DNA of 64,000 bases from an uncultured bacterium (lineage in GTDB: Bacteria > Patescibacteriota > Patescibacteriia > UBA9570 > XYC2-FULL-38-9). The stretch covers positions 71,900 to 135,899 of the forward strand of contig CALKUP010000015.1 of NCBI GenBank assembly GCA_937996685.1, read 5' to 3'. The translations under genes and the position numbers were made by a program. The notes under the pieces were generated by a model. The model did no database searches, was not told where the DNA came from, and saw only the letters and a program-made list of their open reading frames with translations. This document shows, one piece after another, positions 30,132 through 39,978 of the stretch (position 1 is its first letter; each line of letters opens with the position of its first letter).

Positions 30132-30157
30132 AAATCCCCTTTTACGGGGATTTTTTG
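30132..30157. terminator. Bidirectional terminator hairpin aaaatccccttttacggggatttttt (copy 1 of a duplicated hairpin)
   Basis: Perfect 5-bp GC stem with flanking A-run and T-run; near-identical copy at 31358..31382. Confidence 0.7.
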
Positions 30158-30158
30158 T

Positions 30159-31205
30159 TTACCGTCCAAGCGCTTGGTGGAGTCGCTGAATTTTTTCTGC
30201 GCTCCTTGCTCGTACTTTTTCTTCTGCTCGAACACTGATAACCAAATCTTGAACCATCTGTGCAGTATCCATTACTGCGCTGCTTTTGTAACGCGCCGGA
30301 AACTCTTGCAACCACCGCTGACCATCAGGATCAGTTTGCATCCGGGCGATTGCCTGATTTTGTAACAGTGTCGTGCGAATGTGATCTTCACTCATCTCAG
30401 GAGAGAGTTGTGCAAATACCTGTTCAAATTGTGGCACAAACTTTTTCAATGCATTTTCATATTCACTTTGAATCATCTGCTCAACAAATGCGATATCATC
30501 ATCTGAAATATGCTTTTTTAAATATGTAATATCTGTCAGATCATAAGAGCGGCCAGTTTCAATTTTGTGATACACAATGAGCGCCGGATGTGAGATCGGA
30601 ATTTCACCTCCGCTGCGAGTGCGGTAGAATTCAACCGGCTGCATAAATTTTTTTGGAATTGTCGCGCCTGTGTAACGTGTAACAGTATCCCCATTAGAAT
30701 TACGATGTGAGATATGCAAATCTACAAAGTCGAGAGTGTCCCCTACCTCGATTGAATGATTGACCCCCACCTTTGCGATTTGTATATCATCAAGGTCTTC
30801 ACGCAAAATATCAACAGCGCTTATAGACTCAACCCACCGTTGTCCATCTGCGTCTTTTTCGGCTCGATGTTTTGTAAATTGATACCCATGTTTTTGCAAA
30901 TACGCCTCCACTTTTTCAAGCTCATCATCGAACACACCAATATCGACATCTTTATGGTTACGAACAAAACGCCTTTCGAGTAATGAAATATTGGTTCCAC
31001 CATCAAGTTGCCAGGCAAAATCGGCATCCTTCATCAAATCAGCCAATGCGTCAAGTCGCGCTTCCATAAAATCCACTTGTTCAGGAGTCGGCGGTGTGTA
31101 CTGACCAGCTTCTGCTATTTGAGGTTCTAGAAAAGTCTGAAAATCAGGCACAAATTGGCCCTGTTTTGGCTGAGTATTCTCTAGCATAACCTCTCGATTT
31201 ATCAT
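30159..31205 (-). CDS. Nucleotidyltransferase, ANT(2'')/LinA-like domain, with an uncharacterised C-terminal half
   Basis: 348 aa; LDGGTNISLLERRFVRNHKDVDIGVF matches the G[GS]...D.D NTase motif of lincosamide and aminoglycoside 2''-nucleotidyltransferases; C-terminal 170 aa have no match. Confidence 0.55.
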   Translation of the reverse strand: MINREVMLENTQPKQGQFVPDFQTFLEPQIAEAGQYTPPTPEQVDFMEARLDALADLMKDADFAWQLDGGTNISLLERRFVRNHKDVDIGVFDDELEKVEAYLQKHGYQFTKHRAEKDADGQRWVESISAVDILREDLDDIQIAKVGVNHSIEVGDTLDFVDLHISHRNSNGDTVTRYTGATIPKKFMQPVEFYRTRSGGEIPISHPALIVYHKIETGRSYDLTDITYLKKHISDDDIAFVEQMIQSEYENALKKFVPQFEQVFAQLSPEMSEDHIRTTLLQNQAIARMQTDPDGQRWLQEFPARYKSSAVMDTAQMVQDLVISVRAEEKVRARSAEKIQRLHQALGR

Positions 31206-31357
31206 ACGATTTTATGCTATCACCTAATGAGTCGTACCTGCAAATTGTCGATTATATCAAAGAGTTCAGGGTATAGGAATTTTTGTATTTCTTTTAAGAA
31301 GCATACTAGTATTCACCCACAAACAAGAACACGCCTCTTTAAGAAATCTTTCAATTC

Positions 31358-31382
31358 AATCCCCTTTTAACGGGGATTTTTT
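31358..31382. repeat. Second copy of the 30132..30157 hairpin (aatccccttttaacggggatttttt)
   Basis: Direct comparison; the two copies flank the nucleotidyltransferase gene. Confidence 0.7.
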
Positions 31383-31451
31383 GTTTGTGTGAATAGCGTC
31401 TTTCTACTATTATTGTGGTAGCATGGATACTTAATATAGTAAGGATTTTAT

Positions 31452-32186
31452 ATGAAAAAAGGACTTTTGGTCGTCGTGGCTCTTCTCATCATCGCTGCCG
31501 TCGCAATTGGCGGGTACGTGATGTACAACACAACAACAGACGAGGAATCAGAAAAGACAACAGTAAATACAAATTCTACTGTTACGAATGAATCAAAGAC
31601 AAACACCGTAGTTGCAAATGATAACGCAAACACAAATACAGCGACTGCTGATGACCGGTACACAAACTCAAAACTTGGTTTTTCTGTAAAACTTCCTGAG
31701 ACATGGGTTGCATATGAAGGCGATGATTATTGTGGCAAAGATTTGAAAAAAAATAACGCGATTGGATTTATTTCAAAAGATGTCTACAAAAAAATTCAAG
31801 CGGATAATGAAAATTACGCGGCAGGAAAAAGTAAACAAGCTCCTTGCTATGAGGGCGTGAACCCAATCACGATCACAGTCCGTCAATACAACTCTGTTAA
31901 TGAGTTGGAAAACAACACAAAAAAACTCTCACTCACAGAGTATATTGCACAACAAAAGAAAGCAGCTGAAACATCACTCACTCCAATGGTTCAAAAAATC
32001 CAGGGAGAAAACGTGGACAGTTATCGCATCCAAAGTGCATACGACGGCATTTCTGAAGAACATGTATTTGTGACAAGTGGCGCAAAAGTATACAACATCA
32101 CAACGATCTATACAGACGCAGTAGCCGGAAAAACAACAGACACAGCGACACAAAAACAAATTGTTGAGTCATTCAAAAATTTGTAA
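31452..32186 (+). CDS. Membrane-anchored hypothetical protein with an Asn/Thr-rich linker
   Basis: 244 aa; N-terminal TM helix followed by a low-complexity region. Confidence 0.5.
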   Translation: MKKGLLVVVALLIIAAVAIGGYVMYNTTTDEESEKTTVNTNSTVTNESKTNTVVANDNANTNTATADDRYTNSKLGFSVKLPETWVAYEGDDYCGKDLKKNNAIGFISKDVYKKIQADNENYAAGKSKQAPCYEGVNPITITVRQYNSVNELENNTKKLSLTEYIAQQKKAAETSLTPMVQKIQGENVDSYRIQSAYDGISEEHVFVTSGAKVYNITTIYTDAVAGKTTDTATQKQIVESFKNL

Positions 32187-32214
32187 AGACAAACGATGTG
32201 TAATGAAATTATGC

Positions 32215-32242
32215 GGAGCTCACTACTCCGCATTTTTTTATT
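32215..32242. terminator. Terminator hairpin gcggagctcactactccgc plus T-run (copy 1)
   Basis: Perfect 6-bp stem; a degenerate copy lies at 33265..33292. Confidence 0.6.
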
Positions 32243-32333
32243 TAGAAAGCATAAATCAATGAGAGGTTTTGGCCAAAATATAGAAAATAGAATAAGAAAA
32301 TGAAAGCAAGCAGGGTATCGGTCTGAAACCGTA

Positions 32334-33170
32334 CTACTCTGCCTGCTTTTTTGGAGACCCCGTGCCCCTAGCTGCGGAAGGCATCAGCTCCACAAGCCTG
32401 CTTTGAAGCTCGACCGCTTCGACTTCACGATCTGCTGCTTGACGCAAGACTCGGTCTCGGGCTGCGTTAAGCTGCGCCTGCGCATCAGCCAGGTTATCGA
32501 GCGCAAGCGTCAGTGTTGCGGGATCATGCGCCTTCACTTCTGCATCCCGGAGATGCTCCGCGATAAGCGCTGCGCAATCAACCTGCGGCGGATCTGTATT
32601 GATCTTGTAGGTCTTCATGGGCGTCAAGAAATACAGATCAATGAAGCCGTTATAAGCGCGATTTATGTCGGAAAACGAGGCCCACTTCGGATACGCCATT
32701 CTTAACTTACTAAGATCTACGATTCCTGGATTCTGAGGATGAGGCCCGATGAAGCATTCATCGAAAAAGAAGATCATGTTTTTGATGTATTGAAGCATTT
32801 GCTCACGCTGTGCCTGCAACACCAACAGATCCTCTCCTGTCGCACCCTGGATGGACTTGTTGATTGCCGAGAGCCAGCTCAACACGCGACTGACGTACAC
32901 CGGCAGCAAATCAAAGTGCTGGTAAAGCGCAGTGAACTGCGGGTTAGTCACAGGACACTCATCACGAAAACGGCGCTGGTAACCTTTGAGCGCGGTACGC
33001 AATTGGTCCTCCAGGCTTTGCTCCTGAATCTGCGGCTGCTCCTTGCGCTCTTGCATGGAGTAATACCGAGGCAACACCCTGAAGACACCGAACAAAACAC
33101 CGGCGACGCCACCAAGCATAAAAAAGTCATACACGACGCCTCCAATCCTTGATTTATCAAGGTACATCAA
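32334..33170 (-). CDS. Hypothetical protein with an N-terminal TM helix; GC-rich gene
   Basis: 278 aa; local GC about 58%; no recognisable domain. Confidence 0.45.
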   Translation of the reverse strand: MMYLDKSRIGGVVYDFFMLGGVAGVLFGVFRVLPRYYSMQERKEQPQIQEQSLEDQLRTALKGYQRRFRDECPVTNPQFTALYQHFDLLPVYVSRVLSWLSAINKSIQGATGEDLLVLQAQREQMLQYIKNMIFFFDECFIGPHPQNPGIVDLSKLRMAYPKWASFSDINRAYNGFIDLYFLTPMKTYKINTDPPQVDCAALIAEHLRDAEVKAHDPATLTLALDNLADAQAQLNAARDRVLRQAADREVEAVELQSRLVELMPSAARGTGSPKKQAE

Positions 33171-33264
33171 TCAACGGTTGATTCCGCTATGAGATTGACG
33201 GTAGACCCTATCAAAAGCAACGGCGGCAGTCAATAGTATAATTTATAATTTTATTTTCAATGCT

Positions 33265-33292
33265 GCAGAGCTCACTACTCCACATTTTTTTA
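33265..33292. repeat. Degenerate second copy of the 32215..32242 hairpin (gcagagctcactactccac plus T-run)
   Basis: 24 of 28 nt identical; two substitutions disrupt the stem. Confidence 0.55.
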
Positions 33293-33461
33293 TCAAAAAT
33301 CACACAAAGTGAAGCATGCTATCATATAAAAAGCCTTGGATTCAACGACACACAACACCCCTCATCGCCGCGGTCTTTCTGTTGAGCTTTGCCGTTGTTT
33401 TACTCACCTCTTCATGGAACGACTCGACGATTATTGATGAAATCTCCCACATTGGAGCTGG

Positions 33462-35426
33462 TTATTCATATCTCACTCTGACTGACTGTACTTTATCGTC
33501 AATCAACGTACGGTCAAGAGCATTGAGTGTTTCTGGTCGTAACAAATCAAACGCATCGCGCCCAACCCCAGCAGTGAGGAACACGTCAGCATTTTCCGGC
33601 AAGACAATCGGATATCGCATTGTCACAGTTTCTCCTTCTTTCAGTGTTTCAGGATTCCATAATCCATACCCCAGTGCACGAGGCTGCTGAATCACACTCC
33701 AACCATCTGGCGTGACCCATGAAAAAAAGAGGTAGACAGCAAATGGATCATACGGCACGAAAGATGCTTGTGATTGTTTTTTATATGTCAGATGCACTTC
33801 TGCGGCTGTCACGTCATACCGTGATCCGACAAGTAACAGATCAGGGGTCACACGATACGGTGTTTCCAACGGCTGGGTTATCGCATTAATCACAATCGGA
33901 TTCGCAGCCTCACTCCTCTGTTTTGCAGAGCCATACACAACACCGAGTTCATTCACAAACACCGGCTCTAACTGATTATCATTGATAATGCGCTGGTATC
34001 GTTCACTCATGGCACGATGCGCGCTTTCTGATTCTACAGCCCACCACGCAAACGCTGTGTGCTCAACAAATAACCACTGAACTGACTGGAGCTGCACAGG
34101 TGCGGCAGAAAAATGCTCTGTGCCAGTTGCCAACCGAGAGACCGGATACAGCTTTTGCCGACTCGCAAGCAATGGCCAATATCGATTCGAGCCATATACC
34201 GCATCTCCTTCTGGGATTTGACGAGCAACATCTGCAATGCGCTGACGATCTTCACCGGCAACCGTACTATAATTTGAAAGCTCCCAGTGCGGACCAAAGG
34301 CCGCCACGTTCAACAGTAAGACACTCACAAGCAATGCCGTTGATATTGAAATGTTTCCCAGCGGTGTCGGAATCACTGGCAATCGCTGAAACATCCTTGG
34401 CAACGCCATCAGTAATGCAATAAAAAACCAGACCACAACGGTTACTCCATAATGATAATAAAACAACTCCACGCCTCCGGCATCATTGCTTGCGAGCACA
34501 TACGGCAGCGCTGCGAATGCCGCAGGAATCAGTACGCGCGGAAACCACAACACACCCCCTGCTGTTGTAAGAACGCACAGTAGCGCAATCACACTATTTC
34601 GTATCGTCATTCCATGCAGAATAAACCGAACAGGGTGAAGAAACGGAAATACAACAATATCGTGCATTGTATTTCCCATCCAATCATATAATTGAGTGAA
34701 TAATAATGAGTTATTCGTTGCGAGCATTCGCCCAAGCAGCGCCATCCCGATAAACCACAAGACACTGACGGCGATCAATCCAGCACCGTGAGCCATCCGG
34801 TGCGGTAGTTTGCGATCAGTCAGCAAAAATACACCATACCCCACAACCATAAACGCCGCGTCATCACGCACCAATAATAGCGCGATACAACACAGCCAAA
34901 AAAAGAATAGTCGGCGCTTCAATAACGCATACCAACTCCACAAGATAATCGGCAACAGAAACACCAAAAAATGAAACTCCGCAAGTTGCAAGCGCATCAC
35001 CGTCGGATATGTCGCATACAAAAGAGCCGACACAATTGTCAGGCGGTGGGCTGCGCGTTGCTCAATGCCATGCAATACGTGCTTGCAGATAGCGTAGACC
35101 GGAAACACGCCACTCAATACCCATACACTTTGCGCGATGAGCAACATACGCGGATCTGCCCAAATCCAATAGAGTGGCGTCAACGCGATGAGCAGCCATT
35201 CTCTATGGTCAACAAGATAGGTCCAATCATTAAATGAGCCGATAAAGATGCGGCCGTGAGCCGTATTCCACAACACCTGATGATAAATGCCTAAATCAAA
35301 CGACCAATACAACAATGCGTGATATTTCAAAAACGCGAGCACAATCATCCCGGCGCTACTGCAGACATACACCAACCATAACCACCACGGAACGTGGCGC
35401 ACAGACTGTAAAAAATCAAATCGCAT
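33462..35426 (-). CDS. Large polytopic membrane protein, possibly a glycosyltransferase-like (ArnT/PMT/YfhO-type) enzyme
   Basis: 654 aa; more than 12 predicted TM helices plus a C-terminal soluble domain. Confidence 0.3.
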   Translation of the reverse strand: MRFDFLQSVRHVPWWLWLVYVCSSAGMIVLAFLKYHALLYWSFDLGIYHQVLWNTAHGRIFIGSFNDWTYLVDHREWLLIALTPLYWIWADPRMLLIAQSVWVLSGVFPVYAICKHVLHGIEQRAAHRLTIVSALLYATYPTVMRLQLAEFHFLVFLLPIILWSWYALLKRRLFFFWLCCIALLLVRDDAAFMVVGYGVFLLTDRKLPHRMAHGAGLIAVSVLWFIGMALLGRMLATNNSLLFTQLYDWMGNTMHDIVVFPFLHPVRFILHGMTIRNSVIALLCVLTTAGGVLWFPRVLIPAAFAALPYVLASNDAGGVELFYYHYGVTVVVWFFIALLMALPRMFQRLPVIPTPLGNISISTALLVSVLLLNVAAFGPHWELSNYSTVAGEDRQRIADVARQIPEGDAVYGSNRYWPLLASRQKLYPVSRLATGTEHFSAAPVQLQSVQWLFVEHTAFAWWAVESESAHRAMSERYQRIINDNQLEPVFVNELGVVYGSAKQRSEAANPIVINAITQPLETPYRVTPDLLLVGSRYDVTAAEVHLTYKKQSQASFVPYDPFAVYLFFSWVTPDGWSVIQQPRALGYGLWNPETLKEGETVTMRYPIVLPENADVFLTAGVGRDAFDLLRPETLNALDRTLIDDKVQSVRVRYE

Positions 35427-35494
35427 ATAACCTCAGTATATTCTATAAAATGGGTGGAGGCTAGCCGATTTTCTGGCAATTTGCTAGTATACGA

Positions 35495-35588
35495 AAGCTC
35501 ATATCTCTGGAGAGATGGCTGAGCGGTCGAAAGCAACAGTTTACTAAACTGTCGATCCTTCACGGGATCCCAGGGTTCGAATCCCTGT
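35495..35588 (+). tRNA. tRNA-Ser, anticodon read as ACT (unusual), long variable arm, CCA encoded
   Basis: Manual alignment to bacterial tRNA-Ser: 3-bp D-stem, anticodon stem ACAGT/ACTGT with loop TTACTAA, T-loop TTCGAAT. Confidence 0.6.
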
Positions 35589-35614
35589 CTCTCCGCCACA
35601 TTTTCAACCACCGT

Positions 35615-35974
35615 ATGAAACAATCATCCAAAAAACAAACAGTACAATCATATATCGCCGATTTTGATGGCGAAGTCGCAAAACGTTTGAAAGCTCTGCG
35701 CGTGGCAGTCAAAAAAGCTGCTCCAAAAGCTGAAGAATCAATCAGCTATGGCATGATTGGTTACAAACTGAACGGCAAACCACTCGTCTACTTTGGTGGT
35801 TTCAAAAAACACATTGGCCTGTATCCGACTCCTGCCGGCATCGCAACCTTCGCCAAAGAACTCGCACCCTACAAACACGCCAAAGGATCGGTTCAATTTC
35901 CGCATGACGAAACACTCCCACTCACGCTCATCACAAAAATCGTGAAGATGAAAGTAAAAGAATTAAGCGCATAA
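35615..35974 (+). CDS. DUF1801 (YdhG-like) domain protein
   Basis: 119 aa; similarity pattern to the YdhG/DUF1801 family. Confidence 0.4.
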   Translation: MKQSSKKQTVQSYIADFDGEVAKRLKALRVAVKKAAPKAEESISYGMIGYKLNGKPLVYFGGFKKHIGLYPTPAGIATFAKELAPYKHAKGSVQFPHDETLPLTLITKIVKMKVKELSA

Positions 35975-36052
35975 GCGCTTCTTTTTTTATTGACTATACA
36001 GTAAAATATGAGTAGTGTTACAAGCACTCAACGCAAAAAATAGGGTACTACA

Positions 36053-36523
36053 ATGCTGATCGATGATCCTATTGCCATCCGCGCTATTCAAATCCTTGCA
36101 AGCGCTCCAAATGGGATGAAAAAAGCAGATCTTATGTCTGCCCTCAATCTGCGAAGCAAAGCCTCCCAGGAAACGCTATGGGAATTACTTACAACAATGG
36201 ACGGCATTGAATTAGCTGGCAACGGAAAAAACTTCTCCTTGAAGTACGCAGGTGCAAGATCAAGGGAAATAACACCAGCCATCTCCCATGAATGGGAAGA
36301 CAGCGATGACATTTCGGAAACAATAGATGCAAAAGCAATACGGCGGATTTGGGCGCTATTCGAAGAAAGGGATCTCGTCACTCAGAGTGATTTGAAAAAT
36401 CTTCGGATTAATATACCGCGCTTGCGGCGGATTATATCTGAATGGCTGGCTTCAGAAAAAATCATCATGGTTCCAGCAGGAAAAACAAGGCACTATCGAA
36501 AAGCAAAAAACATCTCCGAATGA
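36053..36523 (+). CDS. Hypothetical protein
   Basis: 156 aa ORF with reasonable codon usage for this genome. Confidence 0.35.
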   Translation: MLIDDPIAIRAIQILASAPNGMKKADLMSALNLRSKASQETLWELLTTMDGIELAGNGKNFSLKYAGARSREITPAISHEWEDSDDISETIDAKAIRRIWALFEERDLVTQSDLKNLRINIPRLRRIISEWLASEKIIMVPAGKTRHYRKAKNISE

Positions 36524-36595
36524 GTTGAGCAACGTCGTAAAGCATCGCGGACCTGACATCTCCGCATCTTTTTTTATTCAACTATTCTGTGTAGA

Positions 36596-37255
36596 TCACG
36601 CCACGCGCAAATACGAAAGCAAAAACCAAAAATGGCAAAAACTACCAGCGATAACGAGTAAATGAAATACCTCATGCCAACCGAACCAGCGCGGTTTCCA
36701 GATAAAACTCAAGCCAAAGCAGATTGCACCCACGGTGTAGCACACTCCTCCGAGTAATAACCAGAAAAATAGCGACGCTGAAATCGTCTGCATCACAACC
36801 GGCAACGCAAAAACCACCAGCCACCCCATTGCAAGATAATGCATGACGGAAAACCAAACCGGCGGGCGCAAGCGCGGAAATGCAGTCATAACAATTCCAA
36901 GGAGCGCCAATCCCCAACCAACACCGAAGAGAGACCAGCCCCAAGCACCTCCAATCACCACAACACAAATCGGTGTGTAGGTCGCAGCAATTAACACGTA
37001 GATCATTAAGTGATCAAAAATCCGCAACATCGCTTTCGTGCGCGCTCGGTGTGGCGGAAATAAATGATAGACACTGCTCGCAAAATACAACAACAGCAAA
37101 CCGCTTCCAAAAATCGTCACAGTCGTCACTTGAGCGCCTGTCTGCGCGAACACAATCAGCAACACCAACGCAGCAACAGATAGCCCAAAACCAATCAGAT
37201 GAAGCAAACCGCTGATAATGTCATTTGGTCGGTGATGTGTAAATTGCTGTGTCAT
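36596..37255 (-). CDS. Hemolysin III / PAQR family channel protein
   Basis: 219 aa; 7 TM; the HLFPPHRARTKAMLRIFDHLMIYVLIAATYTP motif region is typical of HlyIII. Confidence 0.7.
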   Translation of the reverse strand: MTQQFTHHRPNDIISGLLHLIGFGLSVAALVLLIVFAQTGAQVTTVTIFGSGLLLLYFASSVYHLFPPHRARTKAMLRIFDHLMIYVLIAATYTPICVVVIGGAWGWSLFGVGWGLALLGIVMTAFPRLRPPVWFSVMHYLAMGWLVVFALPVVMQTISASLFFWLLLGGVCYTVGAICFGLSFIWKPRWFGWHEVFHLLVIAGSFCHFWFLLSYLRVA

Positions 37256-37363
37256 TCACTCCATCCTACTCTCTTTTAGAAGAAGTACAATGTTGATATT
37301 TTTTCAATATCCTTAATTATTGCTATAGTAACAGTAATAATTTGAACAACCTGTATTGAATAT

Positions 37364-38920
37364 ATGCAATCTGAACGATTCCGCCTCCCTTTTCAAAAAC
37401 CTCCTGTTGAAACACCTACAGTAGCAGAGGAGGACGACAACTTCAGCGACCCATGGTTTACCGCTGACTCAGAACCCACCCACAGAAGCGCTGTCGATCG
37501 TCTGACCCACCTCTTGCGAGACAACCCACGCGCCGGCAGTATTGTTACACTTGCGACAATCATTGCAGCTGCTTGCTCAAGCGAGATGTTTCAGAAAGGG
37601 TCAGCAAACAGTGAGTCACAGGCTCTCACGCCAATGGATCATATTGAGATAATAAAAGAAGCAGAAGGAGACCTTCGTGTCTTGTTTAATTACGACGAAT
37701 CAATGCGTATTACCTCTTGGAATAATCGAGAAGAGTGGGATCAAGAACTCACACCAGAAATGGGCAATCAAACATTTGCCTGGCATCGCCATGTATTTGA
37801 AAAACAATATGCGCCGTTTACAGCGAGTCCAATACTACAAACAGAAACCGAGCCATTGCTCATGAAAGCAAATGAATATCCAAATTTCACGAGCGTATAT
37901 GGCAACATGGAAATTGGCGATATCAGACATCTCACTGAACTGTTTGTCGAAGACTGGATTGACGCAGCGCAAGTACTCGGAAAAGACATTGACAGCGAAC
38001 ACGATCTTGAAACGCTCACTGCTGCGGAATGGATGCATGTCTTGCAAGCCCCAGCAATACAACTGCAGTACGACAAACGACTGGCTTCTATTTTTCCTGA
38101 ATATAATGAAGCACTCACAAACGCACATTTCCAAAAAACAATTGAGCAATTAGTAACAGAAGGCGTTGGTGTCTGCCGAGACAATGAACGCATTAACATC
38201 ACAAGCTACGTTATCGCAGACAAGATGTTTCATCTCGCTGACAACGGACTCTTGTATCTCCCAGCAACAAACATCATTGATGCAAAGCACACGCGTGGTG
38301 CGTTTTATCTTTCACAAAATCCTCAAGAAATGATTGTCGTCGGCGTTGACACAACATTTGGAGATGGGAATATTGAAAAGGCATTAACCGTTGTTTCACC
38401 AACAGATGAAGCGATCTGGCACTCGCAACAATACGACAAAGACATTCCACTTACCCCTGCCGCTCGTTTAGAAAGCCTGAAATTATTTGAACAACTCCAA
38501 ACTGACCTATCACCAACAACAAGAGCCATTCTTGAACGCGAGGAGCTTCTTGCAATGAAGGAAGCCTTTGAAGGAACTCAAGTAAAGGCAGAAAAATCTG
38601 TGATTGCGCGTGAGAAATACAATACCCTACTTTCAATTGTCACACGTGATGCTGCAACAGCTACCTTTCCGCTAAACATGCCATCACGTCTTGTTGGATT
38701 ATTTGATCAGCTACTTTCCACCAGCCGCGAACTTGATAAACTCGAAGGAAATCCAGGTGTATATCAAGCAACTGCACAAACAATGTTCGCGGATTACTTA
38801 CAAAAAAATGGTGTTGACGCTGACAAAGCCCGCGCATTTGTTGGACAAATTGATCGACTCCCACATAATGAACGCGAAGAACAATTAGAAATCATTCGAG
38901 GTATTCTCACAAAAAAATAA
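37364..38920 (+). CDS. Hypothetical protein
   Basis: 518 aa soluble ORF, no recognisable motif. Confidence 0.4.
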   Translation: MQSERFRLPFQKPPVETPTVAEEDDNFSDPWFTADSEPTHRSAVDRLTHLLRDNPRAGSIVTLATIIAAACSSEMFQKGSANSESQALTPMDHIEIIKEAEGDLRVLFNYDESMRITSWNNREEWDQELTPEMGNQTFAWHRHVFEKQYAPFTASPILQTETEPLLMKANEYPNFTSVYGNMEIGDIRHLTELFVEDWIDAAQVLGKDIDSEHDLETLTAAEWMHVLQAPAIQLQYDKRLASIFPEYNEALTNAHFQKTIEQLVTEGVGVCRDNERINITSYVIADKMFHLADNGLLYLPATNIIDAKHTRGAFYLSQNPQEMIVVGVDTTFGDGNIEKALTVVSPTDEAIWHSQQYDKDIPLTPAARLESLKLFEQLQTDLSPTTRAILEREELLAMKEAFEGTQVKAEKSVIAREKYNTLLSIVTRDAATATFPLNMPSRLVGLFDQLLSTSRELDKLEGNPGVYQATAQTMFADYLQKNGVDADKARAFVGQIDRLPHNEREEQLEIIRGILTKK

Positions 38921-38931
38921 CTATCCTGTCT

Positions 38932-39978
38932 ATGAAACAATCCATTGCACTCTTTTTTGGCGGCACATCTGGCGAACACGATGTCTCAATCAATAGCGCG
39001 AAAAATGTCCTCGCGGTGATTGATCGCGAGCGCTATGCCGTTACACCAGTCATGATTACCCGCGACGGACGGTGGCGCATTCCAGATACAGCATGGGACG
39101 GTAATCTCTCTGTCTGGCCGCTTGCCGATGATTCAACAACTGAATATTCTGCGCTTGAAGGTTTAATTGAATTACAACAACGCAATTGGATTGATATTGC
39201 TTACATTTTGATTCATGGCGGCGAAGGTGAAGACGGCCGCTTGCAAGGTTTTTTTGATCTCGCAGGCATTGCCTACACCGGCTCATCTCAAAAAGCCGCT
39301 GCAATTACAATGGACAAACCACGATTTCAAGATGTGCTCACAGCACACAACATCCGCACACCACAATCAATCACAATAGAGTGGCCACTTACTGAAAACG
39401 AAACCATCGAAACAATAACTACACAGATTAAAAGCGGCTTTGGATTTCCGTGTTTCGTGAAACCAGCCAGTGGCGGATCAAGTGTCGGCACATCGCGGGT
39501 TGAAACAGCTGGTGATCTCGAATCAGCTCTTGTTTCTGCGGGCGCGGACGATCATCGCATTCTCATTCAAGAGCTTGTCAGCGGCGATGAACTCTCTTGT
39601 GGCGTGCTTGATATCAACGGCGTAGCAACTCCGCTTCTCCCAACACTCATCAAGCCAAAGGATGGTGTGTTTTTTGATTACAAAGCGAAATATACTCCGG
39701 GCGCTTCATCAGAAATCACTCCTGCACCAATTTCCGCAGAGCTCACACAAGCAATTCAAGCAAAAGCCTTGCTTTGTCACCAATTATTTGAATGCAACGG
39801 CGTGAGTCGCACAGATTTTTTACTCGACAGTTCGCGGAGCAACGACATTGTGATTCTTGAAACCAATACCGTCCCTGGCATGACGCAAACCAGCCTGGTT
39901 CCGCAAGGCGCTGCCGCAATTGGCATTTCATTTGCACAAACAGTGCAACACATTATTGAAAGCGCTACGAAATTGTAA
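38932..39978 (+). CDS. ddl: D-alanine--D-alanine ligase
   Basis: 348 aa; N-terminal FGGTSGEHDVSINSA plus ATP-grasp motifs. Confidence 0.85.
   Translation: MKQSIALFFGGTSGEHDVSINSAKNVLAVIDRERYAVTPVMITRDGRWRIPDTAWDGNLSVWPLADDSTTEYSALEGLIELQQRNWIDIAYILIHGGEGEDGRLQGFFDLAGIAYTGSSQKAAAITMDKPRFQDVLTAHNIRTPQSITIEWPLTENETIETITTQIKSGFGFPCFVKPASGGSSVGTSRVETAGDLESALVSAGADDHRILIQELVSGDELSCGVLDINGVATPLLPTLIKPKDGVFFDYKAKYTPGASSEITPAPISAELTQAIQAKALLCHQLFECNGVSRTDFLLDSSRSNDIVILETNTVPGMTQTSLVPQGAAAIGISFAQTVQHIIESATKL

Noticed and set aside
33316-33690. 124-aa plus-strand ORF
   Set aside because: Overlaps the 3' end of the 654-aa membrane-protein gene on the opposite strand. Judged spurious.
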